Source of the DNA: Methanobacteriota archaeon
GTDB lineage: Archaea > Thermoplasmatota > Thermoplasmata > SG8-5 > JAGLSY01
NCBI GenBank assembly: GCA_020697715.1
Contig: JAEHCO010000003.1
Span: 64,001 to 128,000, forward strand
Reading direction: 5' to 3'
DNA: 64,000 nucleotides
Position numbers and translations under genes: made by a program. Shown here one piece after another: positions 18,595-28,900 of this stretch (within the stretch, counting starts at the first letter, position 1; each line of letters begins with the position of its first letter). Below the pieces are notes generated by a model. It saw only the letters and a list, made by a program, of their open reading frames with translations, ran no database searches and had not been told where the DNA came from.

Positions 18595-18828
18595 TCATTT
18601 TGCTTCAAATGCCTTTTGTGGACATGTGGAAGAATCTGCGGATGCCATTCTCTCTCCCGCTATCTGGCATGAGCCGCTGACATCGTCCTTGGCTTCGTAG
18701 TGCTTGCATTCGGCGCAGGTCTTCTTTCTCACTGCTTCCTTTGTTCCATCTACACCTTTCTTACCAAGGTCAACACCCTTGTCCAGTCCTTTCTTGGTCG
18801 CATCTTTTGCTTTGTCAAATATTCCCAT
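18595..18828 (-). CDS. Small protein with an amphipathic Lys-rich N-terminus and a 4-Cys C-terminal domain
   Basis: AGGTGA RBS; FDKAKDATKKGLDKGVDLGKKG; CAEC...GSC...TCP. Confidence 0.7.
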   Translation of the reverse strand: MGIFDKAKDATKKGLDKGVDLGKKGVDGTKEAVRKKTCAECKHYEAKDDVSGSCQIAGERMASADSSTCPQKAFEAK

Positions 18829-18893
18829 AATTTCACCTTATCATAGGTATTGTATTATTCTAATTAAGTCTATTGACTATTTAATTAAAAATG

Positions 18894-18935
18894 AAAAAAA
18901 GGAAATGGGGGCGCGGTAGGTATCCGCGCCCATTC
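18894..18935 (-). terminator. GC hairpin plus U-tract after the 1764-aa surface protein gene
   Basis: GGCGCGG/CCGCGCC stem followed on the minus strand by CCCATTTCCTTTTTTT. Confidence 0.7.
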
Positions 18936-18952
18936 TTTCGCTCGCCGAGTAT

Positions 18953-21900
18953 CTATTCGATGGAATCTTCTAGTGACTCGGTCTGTTCTGGCTCGACTAC
19001 TGGTGTTTCCTCTACGGGATCTTCCTGTGCCGGTGCTGCTTCTGGTTTCTTGCCCTTCTTCATGAAGATCAAAGCACCCACAACAGCAACAACTACGAGC
19101 AGGATGATGATCCAGAGATAACTGCTTGCGCCGTCATCTGTATCGTCATCTACTGTGTCATCATCAGCATTGTCGCCAATGCCGTCACCATCAGTGTCCG
19201 TTGTCTCAGTAGCATCATTCGGGAATGCGTCTGCAACGTCGCCTACGCCGTCACCGTCTGTGTCTGTTGTTTCGGTAGCATCGTTCGGGAATGCATCTGC
19301 GACATCGCCTACGCCGTCACCGTCTGTGTCCGTTGTTTCGGTAGCATCGTCCGGGAATGCGTCTGCAACGTCGCCTACGCCGTCACCATCAGTGTCTGTT
19401 GTTTCGGTAGCATCGTCCGGGAATTCATCCGCAACATCGCCTACGCCGTCACCATCAGTGTCTGTGGTCTCAGTAGCATCATCCGGGAATGCATCTGCAT
19501 TGTCACCAGTGCCATCACCATCTGTATCAACAGTTTCGGTTTCGTCCAATGGGAAAGCATCCGCGGTGTCGTTCACACCATCGCCGTCGTCATCTGTGTC
19601 TACGATGTCTGCGAGGCCATCACCGTCTGTGTCGAGCATGACATCGACGGTCATATTGTCCTCACTGGTGTTATTAGCTCCATCCATCACGGTCAGGTAG
19701 ACTGTGTAGTTACCAGCAACTGTGAAGTTGTAGTAAGGTGCCATTCCATACAGAGTTATGTTCGAGTCCTCACCCAATGGGTCTACTGCATCGGTTCCAG
19801 ATGAGACAATGCTGTCGGTCACAATGGTCCATGTGTAGTTCACAGCATTGACTGAGCCAGTTCCATCGAAGGTGACATTGGTTCCCTCAACAACGACCTG
19901 GTCTGTACCTGCATCTGCCATTGGGGCACTAGCGGTCACATTGACCAACATCGTGTCCGTGTGGTAGTTTCCATAGGCATCTGTCACATTGAGCGTGACT
20001 ACAAAGACACCGGCATTGTCGAAGGTGTATGTTGGTGCAGCTCCGTACAGCGTCTGTGCATCCACATCTGTGAATGTCCATGTGTAGTTGACTATGACGC
20101 CATTGTCTGTAGATGCGGATTCATCGAAGGTAACCTCATCACCATTGTCTATGCTCTGGTCAGCTCCTGCATCGGCTATTGGTGCAGTTTCATCGCCAGT
20201 GCTGAAGGTGATATTCGTTTCACCCAATGGATTTCCTGCTAGGTCGAAGAATGCTCCAGTCATGTTCCAGTAATAGTCTGTCAGATCCCCAAGCATTGTG
20301 TAATTCACGACCACTATCGTATTTCCAGCACTCCATGATGCATTGTTGCCGTCAATTAGTACATTTGAGTTTCCACCTGTAATGGTGCCCAGATCTATTG
20401 GCTCACTGAACTCTATGGTGATGTTTCCATCGGTAACAGATACATTAGTTGCTCCAAATATATTGGTTGTTCCATCTGCTAGTGTTGCTGATACTATGGT
20501 TGGTGATGTAGTATCCAATCCTGCTGATGTGTCTGCTCCTGCGGGTGCGGCTTCAATTAGGCCAAACAGGTCTGTGGCTATTGAATAGAATTCATAGTCA
20601 CCCTCTCCAGCTGGGAAATCGAAACTCCATGACCAAGGAGACATATTGTCTGTTCCAAAGGATGTCCATGCACCACCATCGAAGCTATAGAACAATTCGA
20701 CAGTATCCATACCACTGGTATCATCGTTTGCAGTTGCGGTTATGGTCAATGGGCTTGTTGTCTGCCAGTAGGTTCCAATAGCATCTACGGATGATGTAGG
20801 TTCAACTGTATCCAATTGTGCAGATGTATCTGCCACTCCAGGTGCTGTTTCCACAAGGCTTGCATTGTCAGTTGCTATTGAATAGAATTCATAGCTTCCG
20901 TCATTGTCTGGGTAGTTGAAATTCCATGACCATGGCATCGCATTATCTACACCAAAGGATGTCCATGCACCCCAGGTCGCGCCATCTGCGGCGTATCTGT
21001 AGAACAGTTCCACGCTGGCAACACCGCTGCCTGTATCACTTGCAGTTGCGGTTATTGTCAATGGAGTTGCTACTGTGTAACCATATGGACTGATCGCGTC
21101 AACACCAGATATTGGGTCTGTGAAGTCCCCGGTGGTGAGGTTGAACACTGTTGATCCTGCTAGTGCATTACCTGCAATATCCTGGTGTCCCTGTGACCAG
21201 ATACTGACATAGTAATCAGTATCTTCAGCCAAAACATTGTATGTTATGTTGAACCACATATCATTTGCACTCCATCCAAATCCTGAAGTTGGCAGATCTG
21301 TAGCAAAGCCATTGATGGAACTGTCCATTGGTTCGCTGAACTCGATAGAGTATGTTCCTGCAGTTGTAGCCACATCTATTGCATCATCTACTGGGTTTGT
21401 TGATATTACTGTTGGATCTGTCTCATCAGCAGTTGTGAAAGCCTTTGTAAGATCTCCAGTCGCTGCGTTTGCAGATGTGTCTGCGAAGTTGCTGAAGGTC
21501 AGGGTGTATGTTGTTTCTTCATCCCATGTCATTCCCGAGTATGTGTATACTTGGCTAGATCCAGACCATGCCCAGCTTCCTGCGACAAGTGGTGCAGGTA
21601 CTATATTGACAGTTCCTACCCCTTCATTCATTGCCTCATCCCAGTTGGCAACGAAGCTCGTACCTGTTGCCACATCTGACACTCCATCATTTGGTGTTGT
21701 GGTTGCTATAGATGGGTCTGTAAAGTCACCTGTTGTGAAGGTGATGTTCATATCGCCACCCAATGGGTTTCCTGCCATATCTGCAATTCCCGATCCAGTC
21801 ATGTCGAGGTAATATGTCGTCTGATCTGCTAGTGCATCGTATGTAATGTTTGCCCACATGCCTGTCGCATCCAATCCACCATTAGAGTTTGGCAGATTGT

Positions 21901-24247
21901 CTGTTGGTGTTACTGAGACAGTCACTGGCTCACTGAGCTCGATGATCATTACTCCACTGGCTACACTTACATTGACGGCTCCATCTGCTGGTGTCACGCT
22001 GATTATTGTTGGTGCAGTCTCATCAGCAGTTGTGAATGTCTTTACAAGGTCTCCAGTCGCTGCGTTCGCAGATGTATCCGCGAAGTTGCTGAAGGTCAGG
22101 GTGTATGTTGTCTCTTCATCCCAGGTCATTCCAGAGTATGTGTATATCTGGCTAGCTCCGGACCATACCCAGCTTCCTGCGACAAGTGGTGCAGGCACTA
22201 TATTGACAGTTCCCACTCCTTCATTCATTGTCTCATTCCAGCCGGCAACAAAATTCGTACCTGTTGCCACATCTACTGCGCCATCAATTAGTGTTGTGAA
22301 TGATATGGCTGGACCTGTCTCGTCAGCAGTTGTGAACTGTATGTCGATCGGTGTTCCCGATAGCGCATTTCCTGCTGTATCCAGACCTCCTGTGATGGTA
22401 AATGTGTAAGATGTCTGTTCTGCGAAGTCAGTTATGTGGCTCATTGTCATAACTGTGTTTCCGACACTCCATACTCTAGACCAGCCACCTGGATCTGGTG
22501 TGCATGTATAAGTTACTGGATTCTGCATCGGTTCATCGAATGTTATCACAATATCTGCATTTGTCGCAACACTGGTCGCCGTATTTATTGGAACTGATGA
22601 TTGCATAGTTGGAGCTGTGGCATCAAGTGCATAAGGTCCTAATTCCGCATCTGCAAAGACTGTTGGTAATGGGTCACCAACACTACCGCCATCCAAACAA
22701 GCGCAGAAATAATAGTCATCATCTGCTGGCAATGCACTTCCTGGTGTCCATACTTCTGTTGTTGGAGAAGCTACTGCCGGAGCAATATCATTTCCCCAGA
22801 GTGTCCATGGACCTCCAGCTGCACCGCCTTGCCAGTAGTAAATATCTACAAGAGCAGGATCAAGCTGATGATCGTATGATATGTCTGGTGTGGCATCTGT
22901 GCCTGATGTTGCTGGTGTTGTTGCAGATACTGTCGCTCCTTGAACAGGTACTGCTGCAGGAATCTGGAAGTCGATGGTCTCTCCACCGCCACCTACGAAG
23001 GTGAATATCTGATCTGCTGGAAGGTATGTGCCATCGCCCTGTGCTACTGCACCTTGGACACCGCACCATCCATCCTGGGATGCGAAGTTGAATCCGCTGC
23101 CGTCAACATAGATCTTGTAGTTCACACCTGCTCCACCGGGCTGTCCTGCTGCCATGGTGTCTGCAAGATATGCAAATCCAATATTTGCATCATCAACTGA
23201 TGCAAATCCATTCATGCCGCCATCACTGTAAACATAAACAGTGTCTGTGGCATCATCTGGCCAGTATAGATGATCATAATCTGTATCAACTGAGATATAA
23301 ACTGAAAAAGTAGCTGCTGTCTCAGTCGTCAACTGTGTGACGCCATCTGGCTGGTATACCCATGCGGCCCATCCATATGGAAGGCCCCATGATTTGGCTG
23401 CTGAGTCTATGATATATGGTCCTGCCTCTGCATCACCAGCAACTGTTGGTGCTGCTTCATCTGGTGTCTGTACATACCAGCTGTATGTTCCATCTGCCAA
23501 TACCGGCATTGTGAATGGGCTGGTTGCTGGGCTGTCTGTTCCTTGGTTCGTCCAGGAAGCTCCATTCCATGACCAAACATCCACGGATGCTGGTGCACCC
23601 GCGTCTATGGTGTATGTTATATCTGGTGTGTTGTAGCCAGATGTTCCTGTTGGGCCTGTTGCAGATGCTTCTGCAGCTACAGGACCTGAGCCTGGAACCT
23701 GGAAGTTGACGGTCTCTCCACCGCCACCTACGAAGGTGAATATCTGATCTGCTGGGAGATATGTGCCATCGCCCTGTGCTACTGCACCTTGGACACCACA
23801 CCATCCATCCTGGGATGCGAAGTTGAATCCGCTGCCGTCAACATAGATCTTGTAGTTCACACCTGCTCCACCAGGTTGTCCTGCTGCCATTGTATCTGCA
23901 ATATATGCAAATCCAATATTTGCATCATCTATTGGTGCAAATGCATTCATTCCACCATCGCTGTAAACATATACTGTATCCGCGGCATCATCTGGCCAGT
24001 AAAGGCCGTCTGTGTCCTCGTCAACAGAGATATATACAGCAAAGGTTGCTGCTGTCTCAGTCGTCAACTGTGTAGTGCCGTCTGGCTGGTATACCCATGC
24101 GGCCCAACCATATGGGAGCCCCCAGGAATCTATAGATTCATGCTCAGGAGCAGCCATCGCAAAGACGCTGAATGTCATCAAGACCATTCCAAGCGCTACA
24201 AAAGTCGCTAATATTTTCTTGTTCATTTTTTCATCTCCTAATATCAA
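18953..24247 (-). CDS. Giant cell-surface glycoprotein: duplicated N-terminal module, multiple Big_5/Ig-like domains, PKD domains, TSP3-like repeats, TM anchor
   Basis: Signal peptide (likely start MNKK, 24226); DxTAPT...P.DGA..V...I.FSEPM Ig-like repeats; ADAGADQ PKD domains; many NxT sequons; C-terminal TM followed by KKGKK. Confidence 0.88.
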   Translation of the reverse strand: MILGDEKMNKKILATFVALGMVLMTFSVFAMAAPEHESIDSWGLPYGWAAWVYQPDGTTQLTTETAATFAVYISVDEDTDGLYWPDDAADTVYVYSDGGMNAFAPIDDANIGFAYIADTMAAGQPGGAGVNYKIYVDGSGFNFASQDGWCGVQGAVAQGDGTYLPADQIFTFVGGGGETVNFQVPGSGPVAAEASATGPTGTSGYNTPDITYTIDAGAPASVDVWSWNGASWTNQGTDSPATSPFTMPVLADGTYSWYVQTPDEAAPTVAGDAEAGPYIIDSAAKSWGLPYGWAAWVYQPDGVTQLTTETAATFSVYISVDTDYDHLYWPDDATDTVYVYSDGGMNGFASVDDANIGFAYLADTMAAGQPGGAGVNYKIYVDGSGFNFASQDGWCGVQGAVAQGDGTYLPADQIFTFVGGGGETIDFQIPAAVPVQGATVSATTPATSGTDATPDISYDHQLDPALVDIYYWQGGAAGGPWTLWGNDIAPAVASPTTEVWTPGSALPADDDYYFCACLDGGSVGDPLPTVFADAELGPYALDATAPTMQSSVPINTATSVATNADIVITFDEPMQNPVTYTCTPDPGGWSRVWSVGNTVMTMSHITDFAEQTSYTFTITGGLDTAGNALSGTPIDIQFTTADETGPAISFTTLIDGAVDVATGTNFVAGWNETMNEGVGTVNIVPAPLVAGSWVWSGASQIYTYSGMTWDEETTYTLTFSNFADTSANAATGDLVKTFTTADETAPTIISVTPADGAVNVSVASGVMIIELSEPVTVSVTPTDNLPNSNGGLDATGMWANITYDALADQTTYYLDMTGSGIADMAGNPLGGDMNITFTTGDFTDPSIATTTPNDGVSDVATGTSFVANWDEAMNEGVGTVNIVPAPLVAGSWAWSGSSQVYTYSGMTWDEETTYTLTFSNFADTSANAATGDLTKAFTTADETDPTVISTNPVDDAIDVATTAGTYSIEFSEPMDSSINGFATDLPTSGFGWSANDMWFNITYNVLAEDTDYYVSIWSQGHQDIAGNALAGSTVFNLTTGDFTDPISGVDAISPYGYTVATPLTITATASDTGSGVASVELFYRYAADGATWGAWTSFGVDNAMPWSWNFNYPDNDGSYEFYSIATDNASLVETAPGVADTSAQLDTVEPTSSVDAIGTYWQTTSPLTITATANDDTSGMDTVELFYSFDGGAWTSFGTDNMSPWSWSFDFPAGEGDYEFYSIATDLFGLIEAAPAGADTSAGLDTTSPTIVSATLADGTTNIFGATNVSVTDGNITIEFSEPIDLGTITGGNSNVLIDGNNASWSAGNTIVVVNYTMLGDLTDYYWNMTGAFFDLAGNPLGETNITFSTGDETAPIADAGADQSIDNGDEVTFDESASTDNGVIVNYTWTFTDVDAQTLYGAAPTYTFDNAGVFVVTLNVTDAYGNYHTDTMLVNVTASAPMADAGTDQVVVEGTNVTFDGTGSVNAVNYTWTIVTDSIVSSGTDAVDPLGEDSNITLYGMAPYYNFTVAGNYTVYLTVMDGANNTSEDNMTVDVMLDTDGDGLADIVDTDDDGDGVNDTADAFPLDETETVDTDGDGTGDNADAFPDDATETTDTDGDGVGDVADEFPDDATETTDTDGDGVGDVADAFPDDATETTDTDGDGVGDVADAFPNDATETTDTDGDGVGDVADAFPNDATETTDTDGDGIGDNADDDTVDDDTDDGASSYLWIIILLVVVAVVGALIFMKKGKKPEAAPAQEDPVEETPVVEPEQTESLEDSIE
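19170..19570 (-). repeat. 66-bp coding tandem repeat (DTDGDGVGDVADAFPDDATETT), about 6 copies
   Basis: GCCTACGCCGTCACC recurs at 19241, 19307, 19373 and 19439. Confidence 0.9.
22966..24127 (-). repeat. Near-identical intragenic duplication (~425 bp, 735-bp offset)
   Basis: 22966-23392 aligns with 23701-24127; most differences are at synonymous positions. Confidence 0.9.
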
Positions 24248-24474
24248 GTTAATTATATTCTGATCTAATTATCATTTATTCCTTATTTGGTTATAGTTAA
24301 GACAACGACAATATCTGCTCATATATAGATTATATGCTTTGTCTTATTACAGCCAATATAAAGCTTTCCTTGGGCATTATATAAATCTTTCTATAATTAT
24401 AAGTACTTATACGTATGTAGATAGGAATACTTACTCTCATGTGTCTAATATTTGGCTACAACGGCTATTTTCTT

Positions 24475-25614
24475 TTAGCTCAATATCTGCCTGGCAATGA
24501 CCAGTCTCTGCACTTGACTGGTGCCTTCTCCTATTTCCATGAGCTTTGTGTCCCTGAGCATTCTTTCGACAGGATAATCCTTCGTGTACCCATATCCGCC
24601 ATGGATCTGGATCGCATTTAGACAAACCTGTGTGGACATCTCCGATGCATAAAGTTTCGCTATCGAAGCTTCTTTGCTGAATCTGATCCCGTTATCTTCC
24701 ATCCATGCAGCCCTATAGACCAACCATCTTGAGGCCTCGATCTTTGTGGCCATATCTGCCAGCATCCACTGGATAGCCTGAAGTTTGGCTATAGGTCTGC
24801 CAAACTGTTCCCTTTCTTTCGAGTAGCGAACGGACTCATCAAGTGCACCCTGGGCTAATCCCACGGCCAGCGCTCCAACAGCGGCTCTGCCCCTGTCGAG
24901 GATGTTCATTGCTCCTGTGAATCCTGTGCCTGGCTCACCGAGGATATTACCTTTTGGAATTCTGCAATCTTCAAAGACCAATTCAGATGTGTGTGAACCT
25001 CTTAATCCGAGTTTGTCCTCTTCTGTTCCAAGCTCGTAGCCAGGAGTTCCTGTGGGTACGACAAAGGCGCTTATTCCTCTGGGGCCCTTTGACCTGTCGG
25101 TTATGGCCATGACCGTGACATAATCTGCAATTGTTGCATTTGTGATGAAGACCTTTGTTCCATTCAGCACCCATTCATCTCCATCCAGAACTGCAACGGT
25201 TTGAAGGCCACCTGCATCGGAACCCGCGCTGGGTTCTGTCAGTGCCCAGGCAGCGAATTTCTTTCCTGCAGCGAGATCAGGTATCCAATTTTTCCTCTGT
25301 TCCTCGCTCCCTCTCTCGTATATGTGTCCAACACCCAATGAATTGTGTGCCTCGGTGACAATGCCTGTGGAACCGCATACCCTGGCGATCTCTTCAAGGG
25401 CTATCATGTAGCTGATCTTATCGCAGCCAGCACCACCATATTCTTTTGGTACTGTCAATCCCATGAGATTCATCTCCCCCATTCTGGCCAGTATCTCTTT
25501 GGGGATATCGCCCTTCTTGTCTATATCTCCAGCTATGGGTTTGATCTCTTTCTCCGCGAATTCGCGAACCGTGTTTCTCAGCATTTCATGCTCTTTCGTG
25601 TAATTGAAGTCCAT
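24475..25614 (-). CDS. Acyl-CoA dehydrogenase
   Basis: ALTEPSAGSDA, LNGTKVFITNA, KLGLRGS, REQFGRPI, QIHGGYGY, IGEGTSQVQR. Confidence 0.95.
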   Translation of the reverse strand: MDFNYTKEHEMLRNTVREFAEKEIKPIAGDIDKKGDIPKEILARMGEMNLMGLTVPKEYGGAGCDKISYMIALEEIARVCGSTGIVTEAHNSLGVGHIYERGSEEQRKNWIPDLAAGKKFAAWALTEPSAGSDAGGLQTVAVLDGDEWVLNGTKVFITNATIADYVTVMAITDRSKGPRGISAFVVPTGTPGYELGTEEDKLGLRGSHTSELVFEDCRIPKGNILGEPGTGFTGAMNILDRGRAAVGALAVGLAQGALDESVRYSKEREQFGRPIAKLQAIQWMLADMATKIEASRWLVYRAAWMEDNGIRFSKEASIAKLYASEMSTQVCLNAIQIHGGYGYTKDYPVERMLRDTKLMEIGEGTSQVQRLVIARQILS

Positions 25615-25826
25615 GTACACTCACTTCCCTTTGAAGTCTGGTGAAGGCCTCGATCTAATCCATCATCTTATCATGATGCTGGAATCCAAGCCATTAGCTT
25701 CGGGTCTATCACCCGAATCCAGGCCTGTATCACAGGAGGTATTGATAAGCCTTTTTGCTGTCTTTGAATTAAAATAAACATAATATTGGGCTTGGAGCCC
25801 CTTCATTCATCGAGCAATAAAGATCT

Positions 25827-25867
25827 AAAAAGGAAATGGGAAGCCAAGCCTTTGAATGGCTTGGCTT
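25827..25867 (-). terminator. Hairpin plus U-tract after the 1596-aa surface protein gene
   Basis: Perfect 10-bp stem AAGCCAAGCC/GGCTTGGCTT followed on the minus strand by CCCATTTCCTTTTT. Confidence 0.7.
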
Positions 25868-25925
25868 ATTTGTGCCCAATATACTGTCATTATGTCAATA
25901 TACTGGGTCTCTATCGATGCCAGGA

Positions 25926-28900
25926 TCACTCCGTTATGAATTCGGAAGGATCTACTTCGCCAGGTGGTGGTGGCGGAGGTGGAGGTGTCTGATCATCCAC
26001 GGGTGCCACGGGTTCTTCTGCCGGAACATCATTCATCGGCTCTACTGGCTCTTGAGGTGGCGGAGCCTGTTCCTGGAACTGTCCTTCTTCGAATGGTGGT
26101 GTGCCTTCTTCCGGTGCATTCCACTCCTCACCCTCTGGTGCAGGTGGCATATCTTCCGGCTTGTCCTTCTTGTTCTTTAGCATGAAGAATAAGACGATGG
26201 CAACGATCACTATGACCAGAAGCAGTATGATAGGTAGCCAGTTCATTGGTTCATCTGGATTATCATCTGGATCACTCGAGCTTGTGCCTGCTTCGAATTC
26301 ATCGAGGTTGGATATTCCATCTCCGTCTGCATCTCCATCTGCATCGTCTACATTTGGATCCAGATCATTCTCGAACTCGTATATGTTTGGCATACCGTCC
26401 CCATCTGCATCATCATCTGCATCATCTACAGCTGGATCCAGCTCATTCTCGAACTCATAGATGTTCGGCATACCATCTCCATCCAGATCACTATCAGAAT
26501 CATCCACATCTGGATCGAGTCCATTATCTATCTCGTATTGGTCTGGCATACCATCTCCATCCCCGTCATAGTCCCCGAGGGTGGCATTGAAGCTCCATGA
26601 ATAGGCTGAACGCATACTGACCCCATCAGAATTTTCCGCACTGGCTCTTACTATCACATCATAAACTCCATTGCCAAGCGCATCATCTGGTGTGAAGGTT
26701 AGAATGGTGTGATCACCATTCCATGAGAAATTACCCAATACTGTAGAGTTCCCGATGGACATCTCGAAGGCATTCTCCGTGGTATTGGCATCCATAGGCA
26801 TATCGAATGTCACTGTGGCCAGTGTGGTAACTGGCACATCCACACCACTTGGTGTATGTCCTATCACTTCAGGATAGTCATTCACTGTCACCATCAAGGT
26901 ATAGGACACATTGTTCTGAGTTCCGTAGATGTCCTCATCTACAAGGTATATGGTCACATTTTCAGATCCTATTCCTTTTGGATAATTGAATCTGATGGAA
27001 TGGTTCGTCAAGGTCGCATAGCCAGAATTCGTGTATATGGTCAACTGGCCTGTCACTGTCTCTTCATCAACAGGATGTGGAGTGTATACGAAGTCCATGT
27101 CAGCATCGCAAGTTATATTGTCCACGAAATTCGTGAACTCTGGAGCATCATTGATCGGTGTGATGGTCACACTCAGGGTCACAGTATCCGTGGCACCAGC
27201 CATATCTGTAACGGTTATGATGACATCCTCGCTCACTATACCTTCTGTGTAAAGGAACGTTATATTGGTCTCATCCACAGTAGCATAGTCTGAATCTTCA
27301 GATATGGTCAGGTCTTCCAATGCATCATCTATATCAGATATGTAGCTGATAACATTGACTATTACTTCAATATCTTCTATACAATCGAGCGTGATAGGTC
27401 CAGTGATGATAGGTGGATCATTGACCGCGTTTATTGTCACCGGAATTGTTTGGGTGTCAAATATGCCATCTGAGTCTCTTGTCAGGGTCAGACCGATCGA
27501 GCCTACACCATTCATTTCAGCGACTGGCGTGATGATTAGATTCTCGCCGGATATAACAGTTGTGAAAAGGCTGGGGTCGGAACCTATAGCGGACCATGTC
27601 ATCTTCTCGGTGAAGATGATCTGGGTATTGTAGTATCTTGAATCCGTTGTACCTGTTGAAGATCCAGATGTAAAGGTGTATACCCAATTAGTTCCTATGT
27701 CTGGCCCTCTACTTATGAATGCATCGGCCCCATATGCGGTTCCATTCCATTCTACCTGAACAAGTAAATTATCAGTTCCATTGTAATAAAAGGTATCATC
27801 AAGATCAAATTGGATCCATCCAGAGCTTGCATCAAAAGTGTAGTTCAAATTATAATAGACATCTGTCAAAGAGCCAATATAATTATCATCATATGTGCCT
27901 GTTAGTGCATCTAGATCTGTGTGAGCCAGACTTATGGTGACATTCGGGAAGCTTGGGTCCTCTGTATTGGTCTTGTAGAATCCGATCTTGTCTATGGTTC
28001 CCTTTTGATCGTCCAACTCAGATGCTTTGTAGAGCATCTGGAATTTTGTATAGGTCTGGCCAGTATCCCAGAGCAAGCCATTGTTTGTTGTTCCACTGTC
28101 TTTTATGGCATTACCTATCTTTTCAGTAGTGAATTTAAAGACTGGTGAATTAGCTTGTATGGTTCCGGTTCCAGCTCCTGCGGTATTATATAGTAATCCT
28201 CCTGGAATACCGTTAGTGGTGTCAATATAGATATTAGTGCCATTATCACCATTCCACACAATATCAATAAGTAGATTATGACTGGAATCGTAAGTGAAAT
28301 TGTCATTTAGATCCAACTCGAACCATGAATCGCCTCCGGGGAAATCAACAGTGATATTCTGGGTTGGGAAAACCTCTATCAAATAACCATTGTAATTATT
28401 GGCAAACGTGGCTGTTAATGCATCTAGACTTGTGTGAGCCATCTTAACCTGGAAATTATCATAAGTTCCGGTATCTGTGATATCCCAGCTATTATTGAAT
28501 GCGATTGTCTTGATAATTCCCTCTGCACCTACCTGTTCCGGTGTATAGACGAATTGCGAACGCATTTGGTTCGTTGCTCCTCCTAAGAATGGAACTCCAT
28601 TTGCAACTAGATTTAGTCCAGATTCATGAACCATCATATCATTGTCCCTATGGGTCAGATCTATTGTTCTGGCTGGGTCATCCTCTTGGAAAACCTGAGC
28701 AGGAACTGGTGGCTCTATCTTTGGATTTTCAATTATGGTGACTGGAATATTCTGGGTGACCATGCCGCCATTATTGGTGTTTGTCAAATTCAGGTATGCT
28801 ATACCCTCACCGCTCATATCGGCAACTGGCGTGATGATCAGATCCTTTCCATCTGCTGAAATATTTGCATCAAAAAGGTCCGGATCTGAGCTGTACGCGG

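Noticed and set aside
19170-19570. CRISPR-like periodic repeat / antisense Ser-Pro-rich ORF 19155-19700
   Set aside because: The 66-bp period is a coding Asp-rich repeat with wobble-position variation; the + strand ORF is its shadow
22966-24127. Diversity-generating retroelement TR/VR pair
   Set aside because: Differences between the copies involve all bases, mostly at synonymous sites rather than adenine-specific positions; both copies are in-frame coding, and no reverse transcriptase is present
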